A stretch of DNA of 64,000 nucleotides from Cirrosporium novae-zelandiae (Eukaryota), in contig JAPETS010000002.1 in NCBI GenBank assembly GCA_026023565.1, positions 1,116,001 to 1,180,000 of the forward strand. Direction: 5' to 3'. Shown here piece by piece: positions 40,336-53,149 of this stretch. Numbering within the stretch: the stretch's first letter is position 1; every line of letters starts with the position of its first letter. A program made the position numbers and the translations under genes. Under the pieces are notes generated by a model that was not told where the DNA came from, searched no databases, and worked only from the letters and a program-made list of their open reading frames with translations.

Positions 40336-40368
40336 GAGGAAGAGCGGATTCAAGGATGATTTTTCAAC

Positions 40369-40532
40369 TGCACTCGGGGAAGGGAATAGACCAGACCAGA
40401 CCGGTCTGACATGGTCAAAATAAACTCATGTTGGGATGGCACGGATCAGCAGTAAGGACGTTCACGACTGTTGCTGCAGCAATAATCACCTTCAGACCGG
40501 TCTGGTTTGGTCTATTCCCTTCACCGAGTGCA
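40369..40532. repeat. 41-bp inverted repeat with 82-bp spacer (MITE-like or 3' UTR hairpin)
   Basis: 40369-40409 matches the reverse complement of 40492-40532 at 39 of 41 positions. Confidence 0.85.
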
Positions 40533-43526
40533 CTTTGCGAAGGGGTTGAAAGTGAGAAAGTTTAAAGAGCCAGAAAAGGCAGGTTCTCGCTCTTGTTATC
40601 TATCTTTATTGATTCTTCTTCAAAGGTATCTTGATTATCCAGTTTCAACAAAAATTTATATTTTATAGCTCTTAATAAAATGGCAAATAATTCCTATTTC
40701 AATAGTCTATCTACACGTCAGGTATGCAACAAAATACATAGTTTGTTTCTTCTATATTCAAGCTTACTGCTTCCACTCCCAACAAACGTTCCAGACGATG
40801 TATCCCGTCTATCGTCTTTACCCCCCCATCACCCATGCCCAGAACATCACGTCACATCACGTCACATCCACAGCTCTATCTTTCTCCACATAAATCAAAC
40901 CGTAATCGATTAACCTAATTCGATTTCAAACTTGCAAACCGGGGAGGGGTGGGGGTTCCAACCAAATATAATGATGACACAATTATTAGAAGAAGAAGAA
41001 GAAAAAACTCACGAATAGTTAGAGATCTTTTTGAATTTGTAGAAGAATTACTTGGGTGTGTTTGTTTTACTTAGCTACTTATCTGGAGTTTTGGATGCTT
41101 TTGGGGGGGGGCTAGACTAGAAACTTTACTACCCAGCTTAACCCATCCTAACCCCTTAGATCTAGATACTACAAGGCAATTATCTAGTCTAGTTACAGTT
41201 AACAATTACAGTTATACTTTGGATATTTATATATATATTTTTTTTTTAGTAAAGGGAGGGACTGGAGACGGGTTTGAGGATAATGTGGGTGGTTGGTTGG
41301 TGGTGGCTTGATTTGTCTCTGTGTGTGTTTGTGTTTGTGTTTGTGTCTGTGTGTGCGTGTGTGTGTGCGTGTAATTAGGGGTGATAGAGAATTTACTTGC
41401 TTGATTACTTACTTGGTTGTTTGGGTGCTTGGGGGGGGTTAAGAACTTACTAATTACTACTCAGTTTAACCCTTACTAGTAGTACATGCTCCAGACAGTT
41501 ACAATTGCAGTTGCGGTTACAATTGCAGTTGCACTTACAGTCATGCTGCTTAGACTCATACTTAGACTCCCATCTACATCCACATCCACATCCCCTCTCA
41601 CCCTCCCCTCCCCCCTACTCTTTCCCCTTCCTCTTCTTCCCCTTCTTCCCTCTCCTCTCTCCCCACCTACCTACGCCCCCCCCCCCCCCCCCCCCTTATG
41701 TAACCCTAATTTCTTTATTCTTTTTTTTTTCTTTCTCCTCTTTCTTTTCTTTTTTTTTTTTTACTTTGCTTGGATCATAGTTTAGGATTGGAGATATGAG
41801 AATTACGGATAAAGATGAGGAAGAGCAAAGGGAATACAGATTGATTGATTGATATAGAAAGAATATAGAAAGAATATATATAACATGGGACCAGGTGTAC
41901 GAGAGATGACATAGGTGCGCGCGAGGGGAGGGTGTTTGATATTAGATATTAGATATATGAGAATCGATATGAGTACAAATATGCTAAACCCCCTCTTCTC
42001 TTCTCTTCTCTGTCCTCTCCTCTCCTCTCTTACCCCATAATAAAACACCATAACAAAATACCCCGTACCTGATTTCCCTTTCTTTCCTTTTTCTCTTTTG
42101 TTTATTTTTAGCTTGGAATACATAATTAAGAGGTATAAGTAATATAGGTATACGAAGAAGAAGAGCAGCAAGGGGAATGCGAGGGCGAGGTGGGGGGGGG
42201 GGGGCTAGTTATTCATAGAATTGAGATTAAGGATGGAATTTATTAATATAGAAAGATATAGGAAGTGTATCTATTGATAGATAGATAAGTATGATATAAC
42301 CTGAAATGATGAGATAGATACACGAGGGGGATTGGAGTATTGAGAGCTTTTGAAATTAAAGTGAGGATAAAGTCCATCGATCCCTAGTGTCTCCCTTCTC
42401 CCTTATTCTCCTTCTCTTTCTTCTTCCTTTCCTTTCTTTCTTTCTATCCTCTATCCCTTAAGGCCATCACCCATATTCCTAAATAGCGTATATTCTCAAA
42501 GATCATCATAATGCATGATAGGCTAATATGTAACTGTACAACTGTAATTGTAATTTGTAAGGTGGATCTGGATCTATAGATATGCGAGGGACGGGGTTTA
42601 GAGTCTGGGAGTTGGATTTAGTTGGGTATTGTAAAGGGGAGAAGGGACGGGGACTAGCCATTGCAATTCATAGGACTGGGATTGGAATTAAAAGCGGAAT
42701 GAGGATGGGATTGACACAGAAAAATATACGGGAAGTGTATAGAGGGGGTGTATACATGGATCGTATATACATGGGATAGTGTACGAGAGACGAGACAAAA
42801 TAAAATAGATGCGTGAAGAAAGATTTGGCTTTTGGATATTGAGAGTTTGAGAGCTTGAAAATAAGATTCGCATCAGTACGGTATCGGTATTCCAAACCCC
42901 CATCCCTCTCTCCCCTCTCTCTCCTTTCTTTCTATCCCTTCATCCCATATCCCCCCAGGCCATAATCCCCAGGGTCCCCCAAAGATCATTCATTCAAAGC
43001 TACATGTATATGTTACTATAAAACTGTAAGTCGTAAAGTAGATATGCGAGGGGACGGGTTTGGGAGTTGGGTCTGGATTTGGATCGAGCTGTGATGGGGG
43101 ATGGGATGTGGTATTATATAAGTGCATGGTGCATGGTGTAGTTGCGTAACTCAATAGCTTAACAGCCCCAACAGAATCCAACACAGCTTGCCGGTGTGAA
43201 CCCAAGCGAATGGTGAAGGCTTTTTCATCAGCAATGCGTGGCAAAGGGCTCCTGGCGATGATACGGCCCTCATTCGTCTTTCACTTTCTTGGTCTTGTGT
43301 GACTTGGCATAGGTTTGCTCGTAAGGGAACCAGATTCATTTTTACGAGCTCAGACTCTGGTTTTAATTATCGTTTCTGGTCTTTGCACCGTGTAAAAGAA
43401 TAAATTGTCGTATAGGGTTGCGGTCTAAATTTGGTTTGTCTTGTTTCACTGCTCTCTCTCCCTCTCCCTTGCTAGTGACCAATTCCGCCTCGTTCATTTT
43501 TTATTGTGACCAAGTTTGTGCGACAG

Positions 43527-44680
43527 CTCAATAGTTATAAGGGGAAAATAGTAGGGACTTCTAAAGTACTGAAGTGGACATTGAAGTTGACGTTGAAGTT
43601 GAAGTTAATGTCGATGTCGATATTAATCCAACAAAGCCCCTGGAGGAGAGTGACAAGAAAAGCAAAGACCAAAAAAATATAATTCCAGATTATAGACCAC
43701 AGTTCCTTCATCCCCCCTCCCCAAGGAATATTATACGGAGCGAGTATGGTGCGAGCATAGTGTGTGGAGCAGTGCATGCAGTATGGTGCATAGAGTAGTG
43801 CGTAACTCTCAATAGCTTGGCAGTTATAAAGGGGGCGAAGGTAGTAGTGATTTCTGAATATTGATATTGATGTTGATATAATAAGGCGGAGGGGAAAAGA
43901 TAGTGTTTGTGTTTAAATAGGGAGGTAAGGAAGGGAGGTATTGACTTCTCAGTATTGAAGTTTGTTTTTGATGTCGATGTTGAAGTTGATGTTAATGTCG
44001 ATGGTTCTGTTAATCCAATAAGGCAACAAGGCCGCTAGAGGAGGGCGGAGATGAAAGAAGAAAGTTAAAGACCAAAGACCAAAAACTAAAAAAAAATATA
44101 ATTACAGGTATTTCATCCCTCCAAAAAATATTATATAGAGCGAGCATGGAGCGAGCATGGCGTATGGTGGATCTAGTCTGTAATTCAATAATTATACTTA
44201 ATAAGTAATTCAATATTCAATAACTCAATAGTTTAATAGTTATGACGGGAGGGAGATGGTATTTGTAATATTAAATAGGGAGGTAGAGAGGTAGAGAGGG
44301 AAGTAGTGGTATCTGAGTTTTAAATTTGATATTAATGTTGATGTTGAAATTGATGTTGAAGTTACTATTAATCTAACAAGGCCCCCTGGAGGGCGGAGAA
44401 GGACAAGAAAACCAAAGAAATATAATTCTAGATTGCAGATTACAGTTATCTCATCCTCATCCTCATCCTCATCCCCCCAAGGAGTATTATATGGAGAAAG
44501 TATGGAGCGAGAATAGTGCATAGCATAGCATGGTGCAGTGTCAGTGCGTAACTCAACAGTTTGATAGAGATATTCAACGGTTATTAGGGGAGGTGGTAGT
44601 GATTTTTAAGTATTGAAGTTGATGTTGAAGTTAATCCAATAAGGCCCGCCGGGGAGGGCGGAGATGAAAGAAACAAATAG
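43527..44680. repeat. Degenerate tandem array, ~260-390 bp x ~4
   Basis: (gttga)n..taatcyaa.aaggcc..g(a)gggcggaga blocks near 43624, 44011, 44369 and 44632. taactcaa.ag boundary motifs near 43803, 44221 and 44549. Confidence 0.8.
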
Positions 44681-46179
44681 AGTAAGAATGTCGAGGACAA
44701 TTGCTCCCTCCACCAAGCCCAAGGGGATCCTACCTCTAAGCACTCCATGGCCAGAACTCGGTCTTGACTATTACGCTATTGTGTCTGTAAAGCAAGCGGG
44801 GGTTCCTGACGATCCACGGTAACCGGAAGCGTAAACCCTACAGTAGCCAAGAATTGATCAATGCGATACTTACTGTGTACTTACTGTAGATATAGCTCGG
44901 TATGATGATACCCATGCTCATACCGTACTAGCTAGAGTAGGGGTACTCGAGTAGGGGTAGGGATCGGGGTCAATGCGGATATTATACTATACCGTGCTAT
45001 ACCGTACTAAGCCAACGCTGGGGGGAAGGATGCAGGAGGGGTACCTTTGATGTCATTCTTAGTGGGGGAGTGGGGAGTGGGGATAGGATGTAATACTAAG
45101 GAAGTGATGGGGCTGAGAGCTTTGGTAAATTCTGGAGATAAGGTAGGTGTTTCACTTTTTCACTTCATCATCGTGTAGGGTTTGAGAGGTTTTTGAGGGG
45201 GCTCTGTAGTAGGTGTTTGGGGGCTTGGTGGATGAGATCGTTGAGGTGTAAGTCATGACCTTTTTTCCTTGTTGTTGTATTATTGTATTGTATCAGACTC
45301 CTACAGAATTGAATGGTTAGTTGAATCTTGAGGTGTAAAGGAAGGAGGATCGTTTCATTTAGTAATTCTCAGTCTCAGTTAGAGGCCCGAGTACATATAC
45401 TGTACATATTGCAAGTCTCGATACTTGTATTGTACGTTAGTAGTAAGTCTAGGTAGGTAGATCTTAACCGACGATCTTCTGCAGCCCAGTCCAGTCCACG
45501 ATTTGAATGAGTGAATGGATCGGAGGGTTCGGAAACACCCATCATACATGCATATGTATGGCGTCTACATGATGAATATGGTACAAAACTCCAATCAATA
45601 TGAAATCAACAAAGGGTGGCGAAAGGGCAACGGATCCATGTTCTAGGGCACTATGTAAAGAGCTGAAGCAATACGAGGCCCATTGATTAGAAACCTATAG
45701 TCTATAAGCAGACCAGATTTCATCATCAAACCTCATACACAAAGAAAAACATGGTATTTGAGTTCCGGGCGACCCGCCTAGGTGCATGAAAGTTGTAAAC
45801 ATCCATGTTCGTGTTGAAGATTGATGGACAGCTTAGACAAAAAGGTGCGAGCTTTTCTCCATTTTCTCGCTTTCCCCGAGATATCTCCATTTCTATGACC
45901 GTGACCGTCAAGGACTTTGTGGTAGATGCTAGAAGCTTTCAAGGATTTGAGTTCCAATCAGGGTCTCGAGATCTTCAAGGGTTACCCTCCAGTATTGGCG
46001 ATTCAAGATGAAAGCGTTTGTTTAAGAATGGAAGATTTCCCACTTCAACTAGAAGATTTTCTTTTTTTTATTCTCAACGCTTTTCATAACTTATTGATTT
46101 GTACTTCAAGTGTTCCTTTTCCGGTTATTTGTTTGTTATTAAATCTCCCCTCCAAAGCATTTTTCAAAAAACATCCAAA

Positions 46180-47110
46180 ATGATTTCACTTGCACCAACT
46201 TGGGGTTCCTTGATCCGCTTCAAGGATCAGAATGGTCTAATCTGTTTTGGGGAACCTGACGCAGAATTCAAGCGAGCCAGAATTTGGGTCGGTTCTTCGG
46301 TCGAACGGCTGTTGAAGACTGAGAGCGTCAGAAATGTCGCCGAGGTTAGCAATCAATAACTATTCCAAGTAAAGAAATACTCAACGCTAATTGTGTAATC
46401 CTTAAGGTCCTGTCTCCGTATGAACCAGATAATATAATTTGCATTGGCTTCAACTATTTCGAAGCTGCCAAGAAAGTAAGCGTAACTTTACTGCTTGTCT
46501 TCAATATTTGTCTGCTAACAGGTATCAATAGGATGACGCTCCGGAATATCCATCAGTCACTCACAAGTCACCAAATACCATCAACAGTCCCTATGCTCCC
46601 ATCGTTATCCCCAAGGTCTGTGATGCCGTCGAGTGCGCAAATGAGCTCTGTGTCGTCCTGTCGAAAGACGCCAAGGATGTCTCTGAAGACCAGGCTCTAA
46701 GCTATGTCCTCGGATACTGTGTTGGCAACGATGTAAAGAGTCCAGACTGGCTTAAACCAGAAACAAGTGGCGGACAAACAGGCTTTGCGAAATCGTTCGA
46801 TTCATTTTTCCCCTTCGGCCCCGCTCTCGTCAATGTATCAAAGATCCCAGATCCACAGCAGCTGGAGCTCACCACAAGGGTAGACGGAAACGTCATCCAG
46901 CAAGGTTCAACCAAGGACATGGCTTTCACCGTGGCAAAGTTGATTTCTTTCTTAAGTCAAGGCCGGACTCTGCCAGCGGGAACGCTGATTGCAACTGGCT
47001 CTCCACCGATTATCAGAAATGAGAAGACACAGCAGCTCAAGGCTGGCCATGTGGTTGAATGTGAGATATCAGGTCTGGGTGTGTTGAAGAATAAGCTTGA
47101 AAAATCTTAG
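46180..47110 (+). CDS. Fumarylacetoacetate hydrolase (FAHD)-family protein, divergent active site
   Basis: Exons 46180-46344, 46407-46475 and 46532-47110. Motifs LIRF..GEP, IICIGFNY, LGYCVGND, AKSFDSFFPFGP, LSQGRTL..GTLIATGSP and CEISGLGVLKN. Confidence 0.88.
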
Positions 47111-47711
47111 GTCTGGTTGAATGTTCATGTTGGTACTTTGCAAAAAGCATGCCGGAATTGGATTGACTATGCTTAAATTGTATAACTGGCGGGGTCTGGA
47201 GTATTTATGGGTAGAAGGAGTGTTGCGATGTAGCATAGCATTTCAGCATTCATATCCATCTTTTATTCAATCAATGAATCAATTGAGTCATCGGTGTTTT
47301 TAGATCAATGTTCCGTTGTGTATTTAAGAATTTCTAATCCATGTCACGTTTGTTTGATAATTAATCGTCATAGAAGCTAGTAGGCACTTTTCCTTTTTGC
47401 ATCAACTGATTACCTAGGTACCTAGGTAGTTAATCCATCTAGAATTTTTGACATCTTTGACATCTTTGACATCAAGCAAAAATGAGTTAGAGGTCCAGGT
47501 AATTAAAACAAAATATGCATTTTTTTTTAATTGCCTAAACTACCAAAAGACAGCATAATTTCCGCATTGCATGGCATGCACATGCGCAGACACCGAGACA
47601 AACAATCCAGTCATCAGTCGTCTGGGAGGCCTTCAAGCACTCCCGTATGTTCATTATTGAAAAAAAAAACCTAAAAAAAAAACAAAAGACCCTGAAGCCC
47701 TCCCCAATCGC

Positions 47712-50465
47712 TTATGCCCAGTCAACCCAAACGGAGTCTTCTAACGCCAGATCCATGTCCTTCAATCCAACCCCCCACCAAAGTGTGCGAACCCACCAGG
47801 ACTGCATGCTTCGTCTAAGTGGCTTGCCCCATTTATGGATCGGGAGTCCAATTAACGCTATGCCGGCGAGCACAGTAGCATAAATGCCAAAGCTACATCC
47901 GTAGCCTCTGGCGTTCAGGGACTCCGTGACAATTCCGCAGACGGCGAAGCTTATCATATAGCGGGTACCGCCGACAACTGCTGCTATAGAGCTATGGGAA
48001 CATTAATCTTTTGGGGTCTGGTTTTGGGGGTTAAACGGAAGAGTGCTTACCCGGACATATCAGGAAAACAAGACATACTATACACCAAAAGAATTATATT
48101 TGTAGCCAGGAAACCCAATTGGATAAAGCCTATCATGGCCAACGAAACCATCCAATGATATTTCTCAGGACTCTCGCATGCGACACCAAAAACAAGGGTG
48201 CCAATGAACCCGACAACAATAGGGATAACAAGATTTCCCAGTTGGTGCTCAGGCTAAAGAATGAGTTAGTAATTGTAATTTAAAACAAAGTTTAAAAGAA
48301 TCTAGAATACCTCATATCGCCCAAAGTCTCTTTCTGCAAGGTTTCTAAGACGTACAGTTGCCATATAACCCGTCAGAAAAACCAAGAGAATGCATGCAAT
48401 GATGTTTGGCACAGTCAAGAATGCAATGCAGTCTAATTCCCAGTTGTAAGGTGGCGCAAGCAGAACCGTTGGATAGGTCTCAAGCACAGATGCTACTATG
48501 CAGAAGTAGCAGCCATTCAGGATGGTAGCCTAAGAAATGTTAGCCAAAAGCGACAAGTTCTTACAGAAGGAACTTTTACCCATATAATGTTAGGAAATAG
48601 GCAGCAACGAAGCATATCAAGAAAACATCTAAGTGCTCTACGTAAACATATTCGACGAGGGTGGATTTGAACGGTATACTTGTATGGTTTTCCATAGCAT
48701 CTCGGATCAGTGCAAAGTATATCCATAGTTTTTCCTGGGGCTGCAGTTCCATCTAAAGAGAGGTCAGCTCAGATACAATATACCACACATAATTGAGGAA
48801 TTTACTATAGCTAGAGGCAGTTCGAGGCCAGGTTGTTTCAGGAACAATAAAGAAAATTGCCCCCAAAGCAATCAAGGATAATAATGCCAAGATCCCGTAA
48901 TACCCCCTCCAGTCTAGGTCAACAGCGATGTATGTTGAAGAAAACCCAAGAATGGTGCTTCCGATGCCCTAATAAAAGAGTTAGCGCATTAGCTCTCTGC
49001 GGTGATGGATTCAAGGACTTACGCCAATACACCATAATATCGTGAGATGGCCATCTCTTTCATCGACAAAGAAAAGTCCATCGAGCAGAAATGGAATCAG
49101 GCTTTGAACTGCACCACACCCAAGGCCCACAATACAACGAGCAAAAATATGTGAGTATAGACCCTTGTATATTCCACAGGAAGCGGTAGCCCAGATAAGA
49201 CCAACAGTTAGGAAGATTGCGCAGATTAGCATAGCTAGGCGTGTGCCAAAAATAAAGCCAAGTAAAACTGAGAGAAACGCTCCAAGGCCGACACATAGAA
49301 TAGGGAAGCTGATTAATGCGCCAAGTTCTTCGGGTGTTGGTGTAGAATCTCCTCGCTTGTTAAGATACTTTGCTGTGGTTTTAGACTTGAGGGGGCCTGT
49401 AGTAGTTGTAGCTCCATCAATGTTTGTTGTTGCATCCCTTTTATTATGAGTTGTTGTGGCCTGCGTTTTTGTAACTCGTGTTTTTGTGGCTCGCGTTGTT
49501 GTGGTCTGCGCATGTGGTAGCCTCTGAAGTGTTAATGGGTCATACGATATAGGGAGGGAATAGGTTAGAGGCACTAGGATTGTCGTATGTAGGATAGAAT
49601 TAACATATTTCCTTGTCGTAGTAACTAGACCTGTTGGGAGCGTTGACGGAGGAGAGACTACAAAATATCCAGATGGAAGATTTGGTACATCGGATAAGGT
49701 TACCCAGTCACTGATAAATATGAGAAGTGTGGATATTGTTTCTTGTCGTTCTGTAGTCGAGCGAGATGTAGAGCTGGGGCTATTCGATTTGAATGGAGTT
49801 GTCGGGGTAGGTTGGAATGCCACCAGGGGGGCAATATTCGCTCCGGAGGTCGTAAGCGTAGAGTCAGATGTACTTTTGGATGAGACCGTTAGAGTGTCAT
49901 AAGCACCCAATCCAGAAGTAGGGCTCCTTGTGAAATGGATAGCAGTAGAAACTCGGATCCCAGGAGATGTATTGTTTCCCGAAGAATTAGATGGAATACC
50001 ACCAAACCCAGTTTGAGGATTTATATCCTGGTAATATGACTGAAGCGTAGGCATTAGAAACGATATATCTGACACTGCGCTGATAGCGATTGCGCTCCCT
50101 ATAGAATTACAAATTCGATATTAGTATAAGAATATCAGAAAAGCCTTGATATGAACATCCGAATTTATTCATAGATGAGAACGAAGACTCACATAGACTC
50201 AGGATAAGAACAGCCCATAGTTTTCGCCATCTTGGTTCACTTAGAGGATCTATTTCGAATCGTAAGCCAAGTTTCAAGCTAGGATATAGATGATAAGTTA
50301 GATTAATAAATTACCACAAAGGTTGGCAGATCGAACTGGGACCAGTCTTAGACGACCGTCGTTTTCGATGAGCCTGACTGTGCCATTTGGTAGTCGAAGT
50401 TTACTGTGAGCCCAGACTTTTCTCGCTTCTTCGTCAACAACTGGCGGATGAAACGTGTATTTCAT
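47712..50465 (-). CDS. MFS transporter (Hol1/DHA1-like) with a large Ser/Thr-rich insertion in loop 1
   Basis: Eight exons splice in frame (first three: 50465-50315, 50249-50193, 50098-49023). Motifs PNGTVRL..LVP..DPLSEPRWRK, ARCIVGLGCGAVQSLIP..FFVDER, WRGYY, VPET, APPYNW, EPEHQL and WGKPLR. Confidence 0.87.
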
Positions 50466-52161
50466 TATCGAAAGTGCTTATGTATTGTTATAGCAATATT
50501 CGATAAGATGGAAGATGGATAATGAGAAGTATCGAAATGTTTGAAGGCAGCGAGGTGGTGAAGGTAACGAAAGGGTGAAGATAGCGAAGTGGCGAAGGTG
50601 ACGAAGTGATGGAAGTTAACACGGTCAGAATCAGGAAATATATAAGAAACAATGTCATTTGAGTCGTTCAGACTTGTGTTGATAGCGGCAACAAAGTCTT
50701 TCAAGCCCAAATTCTTACCGAAAGCTGTGCACAGTAGATGCAGTTGGAACGTGTTTCTGATTCGAAGGTGTAAGTAAATGGGAATCACTTTAACCATTCG
50801 TCATAGATTAAAGGAAATATCCAGGCCATTTACGATATTACCTTGTTCCCAGCATCATGGCAATCGTAGTTTGTGAAAGATAATGAAGACCGCACTTACA
50901 AAGCCGGTAATCTAACGGATCTCATTGTTTAGTAACGCGTGATATATTGTCAAAGATGGTAAACGTGGTTTATACCTAGTGAAATTTACAATAAGTTTGT
51001 GAAATCTTACATTTTTGCTGTTCTCTGGCTTACTACTTCTTGTACATGTATAGATGTGCAGCTCTTAGAATAACTCAAAAGTTCAATATGCATCCCGATT
51101 CGCAGCTATATCATTGTGAGCATGACCTGTAGCCAATAGAGATAGAAAAATTTCAAAGGACAGAAACAAATTTTTCGATTTGTGGACTTTAATGAAGATG
51201 ACCCAGCTTGTCGTTGAATATTTCTACTTCGATACAGAACCTAGCTGGGGTAGTTAGATGTAACCGTCATCGCACAAAACAAATACAAGAACAGACTGGT
51301 TGGCGATTAAAGAAATCTGATAAAAATAAATTTGATTTATTGAATAAAAGCATAAAAACGGTGGCAAGTACTGTTACCGATACATTCCCAGATCGTAATT
51401 GGAAAAATAGAGAACCGTTAACTAACGTCTATATAAAAGCTCAGGCCTTTCGAGTAGGTGGTGAAACCAGGTGAAGTCTGGAATTTCATAGCACATGTTA
51501 GCTTGCACATCTTCGAGGATCATTCACTGGATACCTACATGCCTATTGTATGCTGCCATTGTAGTTTGCCAGGCGATAAATGTTTCATGGAAACATATCA
51601 AGACAGGATAACGGCTCTTGCATTAGGTCTGGAGCCTGAATTAATTCATTGATTTGTAGCACTTTCAGTTCCAATACACGGTCCATTCTCTTTCTATGAG
51701 TACTTGGTCTCATCAATTGCTCACTTCAATGCCCAATCACCTTTCTAACGCCTGCTCACGACCGATCCTATATCAAAATCTGAGGATCTGTGTAGCATGA
51801 ATTTAACGATGGCATGATCATTAGCTACCTTGAGAATTGGAAGAATTGGAAGAACTGGATTGGAACTCGTCATTTGATAGCGATAATCACTTAGGATTGA
51901 ATGTAGATCTACTATGAACCTTTATTTTCCAATCTAATAATGAATCCTGTCGAATCCTCGATACAGAACGAGGTAGTACCAAGGAATAAATAGATAGGGG
52001 GAAAGAATCCAAGTAATTACACTCGGTAGTCTATTTCGCCACCGCCGTCGGAATTTTATTGCTCCGATACCTTTCATAGAATTTCCATTAATCAACGAGA
52101 GTTGATTACTATAATCCCAGCATTAGAAAAAAAAATTATTGTAAATATATAAAGATGAACC

Positions 52162-53149
52162 ATGCTAATGAAAAGCACACATTTACTCAAAGCACCCGTG
52201 GTGCATTGCATCCGCCATGCTCAGGTGAATATCCATGTCCCCCCTTTTGTTCCATCATGCCCCTAAGCCAAGCAACAGGGCATACAAAACTTAGGCCGTG
52301 AGTATTGGTCTATTCGAGACCCAATTCTCACGCCCTTTGGTGAAGACCAATGTCGAGCACTTGCGGAGAATTTTCCTCATCTTGGGGATGTGGGCCTGGT
52401 GGTCGCTTCTCCCCTCCGTCGAGCGCTATATACTGCGATACTGGCCTTTGAGCCGGTCATTGCGAGAGGTGTGAAAGTTGTTGCTTTGCCTGAGCTTCAG
52501 GAAACTAGCAACGCTATTTGCGACACTGGTAGCGATTTGTTAGCGCTGAAGCAAGAACTTGAGAAGAAGGGGTTATTGGATTCCGTCGTAGACTTGGGAT
52601 TTCTGGATAATGATTGGAACAACAAGGTAAGCGTATCATCTTATCAAGATAGACGAATCTTCCAAATACAATAACATCCTACTGGACCATAACAGCTTAT
52701 GAATCTGAGAGCCAAGAAAGGAAGATGGGCGCCATCATCCAAGGCTGTTTTAGCACGGACAAGGGCAGCGAGGCAGTGGCTAAAAGCAAGACCGGAGAAG
52801 GAGATTGTGGTCATAACACACGGAGGCTTTCTTCATTTCTTTACCGAAGACTGGACTGGCAGCGCTACCTCGAAATGTTAGTTTCTATGCTCTTATTTTT
52901 CTTCAGATGACATCTCACAAGCTATCTGACGTAGGTACTGACTGGTCCAACACCGAATTCCGCTCTTATCAGTTCATCGAGGAAGATGGTTTTGACAAAG
53001 TTAATGCAACAATGGTGGAGACTCCCGAATCTAGGACCAAAAGAGGTATTGTGGGACCTAGGTTGTCGAGAAGGCAACAGGAAGAGCTGTATATGAAAAC
53101 CATGCAGGTTTGGGAAGATCATGGACTGCAGAATCCCACTAAGATGTAA
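52162..53149 (+). CDS. Histidine phosphatase / phosphoglycerate mutase-like protein
   Basis: About four exons. Motifs HCIRHAQG, DPILTPFG, ASPLRRALYTA, LPELQE, CDTGS, THGGFLH and WSNTEFRSY. The start could be 52162 or 52168. Confidence 0.88.

Noticed and set aside
49011..50075. ORF 49011-50075 as a stand-alone mucin-like gene
   Set aside because: It has no ATG-led signal peptide and is flanked by in-frame splice sites. It is exon 3 of the MFS gene.
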